A stretch of 42,883 nt of DNA from Promethearchaeota archaeon (GTDB taxonomy: Archaea > Asgardarchaeota > Lokiarchaeia > Sigyniarchaeales > SOKP01). The DNA is taken from positions 1 to 42,883 of the forward strand of contig JBHLLT010000024.1 in assembly GCA_048938855.1 (NCBI GenBank), written 5' to 3'. How positions within the stretch are numbered: the first letter of the stretch is position 1; the number at the start of each line of letters is the position of its first letter. The position numbers were made by a program, and so were the translations under genes. The notes below the pieces were generated by a model. That model searched no databases and had not been told where the DNA came from. It saw nothing but the letters and a program-made list of their open reading frames with translations. This document shows positions 10,685 to 18,807 of this stretch, piece after piece.

Positions 10685-11642
10685 TCACCACACCTTCTTT
10701 ATCAATACTTGCTATCAAGCTATTGAATCCTTTTTTATTTAAGATTTGGGAAATTTCTTCTAAACGGTCTTCATTCCCAATTGAAATTACACATCCTCCT
10801 AATCCTGCTCCAGTTAATTTTGACCCATAAGCTCCATTCTCATTAGCAATATGAATAATTTCATTAATTGAATCATTAGACAAACGTAAAGCTGCTAAAA
10901 GTTTTTGATTTATATTCATCAATTTACCAATTTCAACTAAATTTCCCTGAGAAATCTCCAATTCCGCTAATTCTGTATAGATTCGTATTTTATCGAAAAT
11001 ATAATCACAGAATGACGGTTCTTCATTTTTAAATCTCCTTAGTTGTTCAATGGCTAATTTAGTTTTGTGTTCCATATTTGTATATGTTACTAAAATCTTA
11101 AAGTCATGAGGTACTTCTAAATAACGGAATCTATTATCTTGAAAAAAGATCAGTTTACCAAAAGTACAAATTGTATTGTCAATACCTGAAGGCGTTCCAT
11201 GTATTATTTTTTCTAATTCAAATGCAATATCTGAAATTTCGCTTTTTTCTAATTCTAAATTAAAATAGGTATTAAATGCCATAATTAACGCAACTGCTAT
11301 GGATGCGGATGACCCTAAACCAGAACTTGGGAAAAGATCTGAAAAAATTGTAATTTTGAGTTTTTCTATTTGATCATTAGACCTTTGATGAATAATTTTA
11401 AATAAATACTTGATTTGTTTTAACTGATGAGGCATTTTTTCAAAGAGATCATCCAAATCCTTGAACTCATACCTCTTATCAAAATTCTTTAATATTAATT
11501 CTATTTTACCTTCACTTAATTCCTCAATTACACATGTAGATTTTATGGATATTGCAGCTGCTATTGCGGGATAGCCATAAACTACTGCGTGTTCACCAAA
11601 TAAGATGCATTTACCAGGTGCACTAGCACGAACAATTTTCAT
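10671..11642 (-). CDS. mvk: Mevalonate kinase
   Basis: APGKCILFGEHAVVYG, PSSGLGSSA, HGTPSGID, KLTGAGLGG. Confidence 0.95.
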   Translation of the reverse strand: MKIVRASAPGKCILFGEHAVVYGYPAIAAAISIKSTCVIEELSEGKIELILKNFDKRYEFKDLDDLFEKMPHQLKQIKYLFKIIHQRSNDQIEKLKITIFSDLFPSSGLGSSASIAVALIMAFNTYFNLELEKSEISDIAFELEKIIHGTPSGIDNTICTFGKLIFFQDNRFRYLEVPHDFKILVTYTNMEHKTKLAIEQLRRFKNEEPSFCDYIFDKIRIYTELAELEISQGNLVEIGKLMNINQKLLAALRLSNDSINEIIHIANENGAYGSKLTGAGLGGCVISIGNEDRLEEISQILNKKGFNSLIASIDKEGVVIERK

Positions 11643-11651
11643 AGGGTTAAA

Positions 11652-12926
11652 CTATTCACTTTTTGATAGTTTTTCTAATATTTCTTTAGCATAATCAATT
11701 CTAATTTTGTTCTCCCTTACAAGTATTCTAGCAACTTCTTCAATTAAATTATCAGGTGCTCCAGCTAACTTTGCAATATTACGTGAATGTAGAATCATAT
11801 GACCCTTTTGAATACCTTCAGACGCTAAAGCTCTTAAAGCAGCTACGTTTTGAGCTAGTCCTAAAGCAGCAGCTATTTGACAAAGTTCATCAACACCTTT
11901 AACATTTAAAATCTTTAAAGAAAGGCGAGCCATCGGATGTACTTTTGTCATCCCACCTATTATTCCTAATGCCATAGGCATTTCTATTTCACCTATAAGG
12001 TTTCCGTGAGAATCCTTCCGAAATGTTGTCAATGGAGAATATGTTCCCTTCATTGATGCATAAGCATGAGCTCCTGCTTCAATAGCCCGTGTATCATTTC
12101 CAGTTGCTAAAGCTAATGCAACGATACCATTCATTATACCTTTATTATGAGTAGTTGCTCTATATGGATCCGCTAAGGCAAATTCATAGGCATTTAAAAT
12201 TCCTTCTACTACTTCTTCACCACCTAACAGATCCTTGTCAAATACTGCCCTGCTTTTTGCAATTCGATGAGTTGCCAAATTTGAAACTATTCTAAGATAT
12301 ACCTTACCTCCAGATATATCTTCTATATAAGGGCTAATATTTTCAGCCATTGTATTTACGATATTAGCTCCCATGGCATCTAATACATCAACTAACAAAT
12401 GAATAATTATCATTTCTCCTTTTCTTGTTGTAATTTCTCGAATTTCAAAATCAAAGGCTCCTCCTCCTAACTTAATTAAAACGGGATCTTGTTCATTTGC
12501 AATTTTTAAAAGATTTTTTTTATTTGTCTCTAATTTGTTTTTAGCTACTTTTATGTCCTTTAAATTGGTTAACTGAATTTGAGAAATCATTATAGATTTT
12601 ACTTTATCAGAATGAAAACCTCCATGCTTTCTAGCTATTTTAGCAGCTTTAGAAGCAGCAGCAATTACTGATGGTTCTTCGGTCACCATCGGAATTATAT
12701 AATCTTTATTATTGATTTTAAAATAGTTGGCAATCCCTAAAGGTAATTGATAAGAACCAATAACATTTTCTATCAGAGTATCAATTTGTGTCTCAGTAAA
12801 GTACCCTAAATTTTCGAGGATTTTTTTCTCATTATCATCAAGATCAATAAGTTTAGATAATAATTTTCTACGTTCTTTAATTGATAATCTGTAGAATCCT
12901 GAAATATCAGAACTATACTCTTTCAT
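11652..12926 (-). CDS. mvaA: HMG-CoA reductase, class II
   Basis: ENVIG-x3-LPLGIA, EEPSVIAA, DAMGANIVN, THNKGIMNG, GNDTRAIEA, GIQKGHM. Confidence 0.95.
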   Translation of the reverse strand: MKEYSSDISGFYRLSIKERRKLLSKLIDLDDNEKKILENLGYFTETQIDTLIENVIGSYQLPLGIANYFKINNKDYIIPMVTEEPSVIAAASKAAKIARKHGGFHSDKVKSIMISQIQLTNLKDIKVAKNKLETNKKNLLKIANEQDPVLIKLGGGAFDFEIREITTRKGEMIIIHLLVDVLDAMGANIVNTMAENISPYIEDISGGKVYLRIVSNLATHRIAKSRAVFDKDLLGGEEVVEGILNAYEFALADPYRATTHNKGIMNGIVALALATGNDTRAIEAGAHAYASMKGTYSPLTTFRKDSHGNLIGEIEMPMALGIIGGMTKVHPMARLSLKILNVKGVDELCQIAAALGLAQNVAALRALASEGIQKGHMILHSRNIAKLAGAPDNLIEEVARILVRENKIRIDYAKEILEKLSKSE

Positions 12927-13053
12927 TTTTAAATGTTGATTTTGTAATTGAAAAGAATTAATTATTTTATTTTTTTAGAATTAATACAAAAAATAATTAT
13001 TATTCCTAATTAATTAATACTTATAAGAAATTTAATTTTACAACCAAATATCT

Positions 13054-13614
13054 GTGAGAATTTTGATTCTTATTGCGATAACTGGGGCCTCAGGAATAGC
13101 AATAGCAGAAAAATTATTAGAAGTATTAAAGAGCAAAGACATTAAAACTGAATTAATAATATCAAAGTCAGCTGAAGTTGTCATTTCAAGTGAAACTGAC
13201 AGAAAGATCAAAGAAATTCAGCAATTAGCAACAAAATCTTATGATGTGGATGATTTAACTGCTCCACCAGCTAGTGGTTCCTATAAAATTGAAGCTATGA
13301 TCATAGTTCCTTGTACAATGAAAACTTTAGCAGCTATAGCTAATGGTTATTCAGACAATTTAATCACTCGAGCTGCAGATGTTGCTATAAAAGAAAAGAG
13401 AAAACTTATTCTAATTGTAAGAGAAAGTCCTCTCAGTCCTATTCATTTGGAAAACATGCTAAAATTAGCAAATTTAGGAGTAGTAATTGCCCCCCCTGTC
13501 CCATCCTATTATATTAAGCCTAAATCCGTTGATGATCTTATTAATCATACTGTAGGAAGGATTCTCGATCAAATAGGAATTGAAAGTGATATAAAGAGGT
13601 GGGGAGATGAATAA
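13054..13614 (+). CDS. ubiX: Flavin prenyltransferase UbiX
   Basis: ITGASG, ASGS, PCTMKTLA, NLITRAADV, KE-x-R-x-L, RESP. Confidence 0.95.
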   Translation: MRILILIAITGASGIAIAEKLLEVLKSKDIKTELIISKSAEVVISSETDRKIKEIQQLATKSYDVDDLTAPPASGSYKIEAMIIVPCTMKTLAAIANGYSDNLITRAADVAIKEKRKLILIVRESPLSPIHLENMLKLANLGVVIAPPVPSYYIKPKSVDDLINHTVGRILDQIGIESDIKRWGDE

Positions 13615-13933
13615 ATGGAAAGTAATTGTTGATAGCTATGAAATGGGTGATGATATAGTGTTAATGTTAAGAGGTGGTGAGAAATTTCATATAGGTGCTG
13701 TTGCAATGGCAACTCCGTATAAAAATACTGCGAGTACAAGCATAATCAGCTCATATGGTCATAAGGAGGGTGATTTAGTTAAGCCATTAGCAGAAAAGGT
13801 AGCCAAAAGACTTAAAAAAACAGTTGTTTTAGTAGCAGGCTTACATATTGATAATGCAACTCAAGATGATATTCAAAAACTGGTTGAAAACTCAAATAAT
13901 GTTATTGATGACTTTTTAGAGGGATTTAATTGA
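13607..13933 (+). CDS. LpdD-like prFMN-binding/chaperone protein
   Basis: GG-x3-HIGAVA, GHKE, AGLHIDNAT signature; lies between and overlaps ubiX and ubiD. Confidence 0.75.
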   Translation: MNKWKVIVDSYEMGDDIVLMLRGGEKFHIGAVAMATPYKNTASTSIISSYGHKEGDLVKPLAEKVAKRLKKTVVLVAGLHIDNATQDDIQKLVENSNNVIDDFLEGFN

Positions 13934-15186
13934 GAGATTATTTAAAAAAAATCAATATAAAAGAAAATGAAGATGTAATTTCTTTAGATGTGTTAAGCCA
14001 TCAAATTTATAAAGACCAAGAAGCACCAACAAAATATAGTGTGAAAAATTACTCATTTCCAATAGTTTCAGGATTAGTAAGTAATAGAAAACTATTTGCT
14101 ACAGCCCTAGGAATTAATCAGAACCAAATTATTCAATTTATTACTGAAAAATTAGATACTTTAAAAAAGCCTAAGGAAATCGATAAGGCTAAGTTTTTAA
14201 ATAATAAAATCGATGTAACGAGCGATACTGATTTAGAGAAATATATTCCAATGATAAATTTTTATGGAGATAAGAAGTACATTACATCTAGTATTGTAAT
14301 TGTTAAATTTCCAGATGAAGACAGACAAAACTTGTCTTTTCATCGATTAATGCATCTTGATTCAAATCAATTTTCAATAAGAATTGTACCTCAAAGACAT
14401 TTAGATAAAGCTTATCTTAATGCAATAGAAAATAATAAAGATTTAGAGTTAGCAATTGTTTGTGGTGTACATCCTGCTATAGAAATAAGTTCTTCATTTT
14501 CATCGCCGCAATTAGATGAACTCTCTTTAGCAGCTACAATGTTAAATGATCTTAGTGTATTTAGGCTTTCAAATGATCTTCTTGTACCTTCTGATGCTGA
14601 GTTTGTATTTGAAGGTAAAATTACAAGAGAAATGGCAGATGAAGGGCCTTTTGTTGATTTAACTGGAACTGCTGACAAAATAAGATCTCAGCCAATTCTC
14701 GAAATAGAAAAACTCTATTTTAAGGATAATCCAATCTTCAGAACTATTTTACCCGGTGGAAAGGAACATAAGATGCTAATGGGCGTACCACAAGAACCAC
14801 GTATGTTTAAATTCATATCTAATACCGTTAGTACGGTGAAAAATGTTATTTTAACACCAGGAGGGAATTCTTGGTTTCATGCTGTGGTGCAAATCAAAAA
14901 AAGAACTGAAGGAGATGCTAAAAATACGATTCTGGCAGCTCTAGCAGCTCATCCCAGTTTAAAAAGGGTTATTGTTGTTGATGAAGATATAAATATTTAT
15001 AAGTCTGACGATGTTGAATGGGCTGTAGCAACACGAGTCCAGCCAGATAGAGATATTTTACTTATTCCAAATTCAAAAGGATCATCATTAGATCCCTCAT
15101 CAAAAGATAGTATAACATGTAAATGGGGGATCGACGCTACCAAGCCCTTGGAAAACAATGAAGGTTATAATAGGGTGAAATTTTAG
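13930..15186 (+). CDS. ubiD: UbiD-family prFMN decarboxylase, probable anhydromevalonate phosphate decarboxylase
   Basis: SFHRL, EGPFVDLTG, VIVVDEDI, VEWAVATR, GIDATKP. Specific function inferred from coupling with AcnX and MVA genes. Confidence 0.9.
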   Translation: MRDYLKKINIKENEDVISLDVLSHQIYKDQEAPTKYSVKNYSFPIVSGLVSNRKLFATALGINQNQIIQFITEKLDTLKKPKEIDKAKFLNNKIDVTSDTDLEKYIPMINFYGDKKYITSSIVIVKFPDEDRQNLSFHRLMHLDSNQFSIRIVPQRHLDKAYLNAIENNKDLELAIVCGVHPAIEISSSFSSPQLDELSLAATMLNDLSVFRLSNDLLVPSDAEFVFEGKITREMADEGPFVDLTGTADKIRSQPILEIEKLYFKDNPIFRTILPGGKEHKMLMGVPQEPRMFKFISNTVSTVKNVILTPGGNSWFHAVVQIKKRTEGDAKNTILAALAAHPSLKRVIVVDEDINIYKSDDVEWAVATRVQPDRDILLIPNSKGSSLDPSSKDSITCKWGIDATKPLENNEGYNRVKF

Positions 15187-16328
15187 TGTATTTGACTAAA
15201 AAGGAAGAAAAAATCCTGGATGGAGAATCTGGAGAGATAAAAGCAAAAGCTATGAGAATTCTTGTAACTCTAGGTGATATATTTAATGCAGATAAATTAA
15301 TAAAAATTGATTCAACTCAAATTGCAGGAGTATCTTATAAAACTATTGGGGATGCAGGATTGGACTTTTTAGAGGATTGGGCCAAAGAAAATGTTCAAGT
15401 CGTTGTTGAAAGTTGGATGAATCCTGCTGGTATGGATTTAGATGAGTGGAATAAATTGGGATTTCCAGCTGATTTTGCTAAAAAACAAGTAAGGATAATT
15501 AAAGCTTTAACATCAATGGGGATCAAACAAAGCTGCACTTGTACTCCATATCATAACGGGCTTATACCAAATATGGGATCTCATATAGCATGGTCAGAAT
15601 CTTCAGCCGTGATTTTTGCTAATTCTGTTCTAGGAGCAATGACTAATCGGGAAGGAGGACCTAGCGCTCTATCAGCTGCATTGATAGGGAAAACACCAAA
15701 TTATGGTTTACATTTAGATGAAAATAGAGTAGGACAAATACAGTTCAACATAAATATAGAGTTAACTAATTTTGATTTCACTCTTTTGGGATATCATATC
15801 GGAGAACTTTCAAATAATAAAATTCCTGTGATAACTGGAGTCAATGAAGCTTCTTGGGCTCAGTTAAAAGCATTGGGTGCAGGAGCTGCTGCCAGTGGAG
15901 GAGTAGCAATGTTTATTATTCCAAATATCACCCAGGAATCAAGGATAATTGATAATCCTGAAGTATTTGAAGTATCAAGAGAAGATTTAATTAAAATACA
16001 GGAAAAACTAACTATTGGTAGTGAACCTGAAATAATAGCATTCGGATGTCCACATTGTTCATTAGAAGAAATAAATGAAATAATCCAAAATATAAAAACA
16101 GAAAAAAAAGTATGGATTTTCACATCAAAACAGATTAAAAATAAATTCCAGAATCTACCTCATAATATTAGTATCTTCGCAGATACATGTATGGTTGTTG
16201 CACCTTTAGAAGAAATGGGAATAGGCTGTTTAGCCACTGATTCTAGTAAGGCAGCTCATTATACACAAAACTTATCGAAAATTAAAAGTATATTGAAATC
16301 TCGCGAGGATCTTTTAAGTGGAAATTAA
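15186..16328 (+). CDS. Aconitase X large subunit, probable phosphomevalonate dehydratase large subunit
   Basis: GVSYK, CTCTPY, WSESSA, GCPH, DTCMVV (three Fe-S Cys ligands); MVA context. Confidence 0.9.
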   Translation: MYLTKKEEKILDGESGEIKAKAMRILVTLGDIFNADKLIKIDSTQIAGVSYKTIGDAGLDFLEDWAKENVQVVVESWMNPAGMDLDEWNKLGFPADFAKKQVRIIKALTSMGIKQSCTCTPYHNGLIPNMGSHIAWSESSAVIFANSVLGAMTNREGGPSALSAALIGKTPNYGLHLDENRVGQIQFNINIELTNFDFTLLGYHIGELSNNKIPVITGVNEASWAQLKALGAGAAASGGVAMFIIPNITQESRIIDNPEVFEVSREDLIKIQEKLTIGSEPEIIAFGCPHCSLEEINEIIQNIKTEKKVWIFTSKQIKNKFQNLPHNISIFADTCMVVAPLEEMGIGCLATDSSKAAHYTQNLSKIKSILKSREDLLSGN

Positions 16329-16704
16329 AGGAAATTGTATTGTACCAGGAGAAGCTACTGGAGAAACTTTAGTTAGTTATGAACCGATTTCTTTTTTAGG
16401 TGATATTGACCCTAAAACTGGTCAAATAACAGCAACAAGACACCCATTAAAAGGTATTTCTGTAAAGGGTAAAATTTTAGTATTCCCTTTCGGAAAAGGG
16501 TCAACTGTTGGATCCTATGTAATTTATCAGCTATTTAAGAATAGATCCGCCCCTATTGCATTTTTAACACAAAAAGCTGATCCTATTGTTGCTGTTGGAG
16601 CAATAATTTCTGGGATCCCAATGATGGATGATATTGATATAAATAAAATTCCTAATGGTATAAAATTAAGTATAAATGCTAATTTAGGTTTAATATATTT
16701 TTAA
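16318..16704 (+). CDS. Aconitase X swivel-domain subunit (DUF126), phosphomevalonate dehydratase small subunit
   Basis: ISFLGDIDPKTG, HPLKG, GKGSTVGSY with catalytic Ser; overlaps the large subunit by 11 nt. Confidence 0.92.
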   Translation: MEIKGNCIVPGEATGETLVSYEPISFLGDIDPKTGQITATRHPLKGISVKGKILVFPFGKGSTVGSYVIYQLFKNRSAPIAFLTQKADPIVAVGAIISGIPMMDDIDINKIPNGIKLSINANLGLIYF

Positions 16705-16724
16705 ACTTTTAAACTAGGGGTTTA

Positions 16725-18404
16725 TCATTCAAGATGAGGTATAGTAGCATCTTGAATTTGACATTCTCTTTTAACTAAATATTTCTCAGGAATAGGCATG
16801 TATATAGGACTCCAATTTAGTAATCCTTTTGCATTTATATTTTCCTCATTTTCATTTTCAACTCTTCTGATTTCATATTCTAATGCATTCCCTTTTTTTG
16901 CATTACTTGCTACTCTAACAAAACCATTTTTTAGATATTTAAGATCATTATGATTAGATTGAACTATAGGATCACTCTCTAATTTTGCAAAAAGAGGAAA
17001 GAACCGTTTATGATATCCTGAATGCCCTTTAGGACAGTGATCTAAACCTTTTATATTTGGAATTAGACACCCCTCATCACAAAAATGCAATGTGAAGCCT
17101 CTTTTATTATTTTGTTCATGCTCAATAATATGACCTAGAAAAATCTCAGGTTTTACTGTACCATTCTTAACAGATTCATATTCTTGAACACTTTTACGTT
17201 GTTTCAAATCTATAAAATCATTTATATGAGGCCCATTTTTGATAACTGCTTGAAAACCTTCCTGAACTTTTAAAAGCCCTGAAATACAGGTAGCTCCTGA
17301 ACCATAGGATCCAAAATAGATTGTATCATTTTCTCGAGCTTGATTTTCTAACAAATAACATACCTGTGACCATAAACTGGCGTTATACATATTACCAAAA
17401 TGCATTGGAACGCTTAATTGAGGAAGTACCCTTTCTTTTACGTTTGTATTTACCCAATAGGAAAATCTCTCTAATGTTGGGGAAGAAAACCCCCTTTCTT
17501 TGAGTTTTAAATAAAGGTATTCTGGTAATACTGTTACATCATGTAAAAAATGATCAAGTTTCGCAAGTATAGATGATCTAATTGTATTTCTTTCAAATTT
17601 GGGAAGTTCATTTATATGCTTAACCCAACGTTTTAGAATTATCTGCTGCATACATTTTAGAGGTAATTTGGAATAAGGGGCGTGAAATGTGTAAAAATCC
17701 GCATGAAAATCCCCAATATTTCGAATTAAATCATCATATGCCCCCAGTTGAAACTTGAGATATGCTTCTTGGGAATAATGTCCAAAAGCACTTGCATTTT
17801 TTTCATTAGGTGGTCGAAAGAAATCATTAACATTTCCAGAAACCTTACCAAATTTTTTGCTAAATTTCGCTATTCTAGGATTTTTCGAAATAACAAGACC
17901 CATAGCGCCTGATCCTTGTGTTGGCTCACCAGGGGAACCAATATGATATGAGGAAATATCAGCACTTATGATGAGGGCTTTTTCAATAATACCGTTTTCA
18001 ATTAAGCCAATGGCATTAAGAATTGCTAAAGTGCCTCCAGCACATGCATTATAAATATCTTGAGTAATCGAATTAGGAGAAATTCCTAACATTTCAGCAA
18101 AAATATTGGATATTGATTTGACACTATATGTAATAGTTTCATTTCCGAAAAATAAAGCATCAATACTTTTTGGAGAGATGCCAGCTCTTTGTAATGTATT
18201 ATATCCTGCTTTTAAACCTAAAGATACAACATCTTCATCAACTTCAGGTATTCGCATTTCTTTGGACAAAAGACCCTTTATATATTTATCAGGATCTATA
18301 TTCCGTTCTTTCGCTAGTTCACGTAAATCAACATAAAATCTAGGTGAGAAAAATGAAAGCGAATCAATTCCAATATCTGAAAATAGATAATCGTTAGAAA
18401 GCAT
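16725..18404 (-). CDS. mvaS: HMG-CoA synthase with internal insertion and C-terminal DUF35-like extension
   Basis: Catalytic E (GNET), C (NACAGG), H (FHAPY); GEPTQGSGA, DFFRP, GNMYNAS, SYGSG. At 559 aa it is much longer than typical ~350-aa archaeal HMGS. Confidence 0.88.
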   Translation of the reverse strand: MLSNDYLFSDIGIDSLSFFSPRFYVDLRELAKERNIDPDKYIKGLLSKEMRIPEVDEDVVSLGLKAGYNTLQRAGISPKSIDALFFGNETITYSVKSISNIFAEMLGISPNSITQDIYNACAGGTLAILNAIGLIENGIIEKALIISADISSYHIGSPGEPTQGSGAMGLVISKNPRIAKFSKKFGKVSGNVNDFFRPPNEKNASAFGHYSQEAYLKFQLGAYDDLIRNIGDFHADFYTFHAPYSKLPLKCMQQIILKRWVKHINELPKFERNTIRSSILAKLDHFLHDVTVLPEYLYLKLKERGFSSPTLERFSYWVNTNVKERVLPQLSVPMHFGNMYNASLWSQVCYLLENQARENDTIYFGSYGSGATCISGLLKVQEGFQAVIKNGPHINDFIDLKQRKSVQEYESVKNGTVKPEIFLGHIIEHEQNNKRGFTLHFCDEGCLIPNIKGLDHCPKGHSGYHKRFFPLFAKLESDPIVQSNHNDLKYLKNGFVRVASNAKKGNALEYEIRRVENENEENINAKGLLNWSPIYMPIPEKYLVKRECQIQDATIPHLE

Positions 18405-18807
18405 TACCCGTGTCTCTTAAAGTGTTAAATTTCCTTTTTTCCAATGAAAAATAAATAATTTAAAGTAATATTTATTTATTCAAAAACTTATCTAAATAAA
18501 TATTAAATTTATTAGAAGAAGCACTTATTTAAAAATTCTCAGTAGTCTCATATTATCAATAGTTCAAATTCTTATAAGTGGTATATATTATGAAAAATAC
18601 CATTCTTTTTTAACAACAATAAGAACGCGAAAATCGTAAATTAATTTTCCATATAGGTTAATATTAACAGAGTTTTCATATTAATTAGTCAAACTCCATT
18701 AGCTCAGCTTTAAATAATAAAAAAATAACAAAAAAGAATTTTAGATAAAATTAATATTTTTAATATTTATATTAATATTGAAAATTACATATTATTTTTC
18801 TGAAGAG

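Noticed and set aside
12927-13053. 10-bp inverted repeat (TAATTATTTT/AAAATAATTA) in the divergent hmgr-ubiX intergenic region
   Set aside because: Pure A/T in a very AT-rich spacer, so expected by chance; it would need cross-genome conservation.
13054-15186. ubiX/ubiD as ubiquinone synthesis or aromatic decarboxylation genes
   Set aside because: Translational coupling to AcnX subunits and the flanking MVA genes point to the archaeal mevalonate pathway.
18405-18807. 400-nt HMGS-uppS intergenic region as a possible ncRNA or riboswitch
   Set aside because: Very low GC, with no stable stems or recognisable RNA motif; consistent with divergent promoters.
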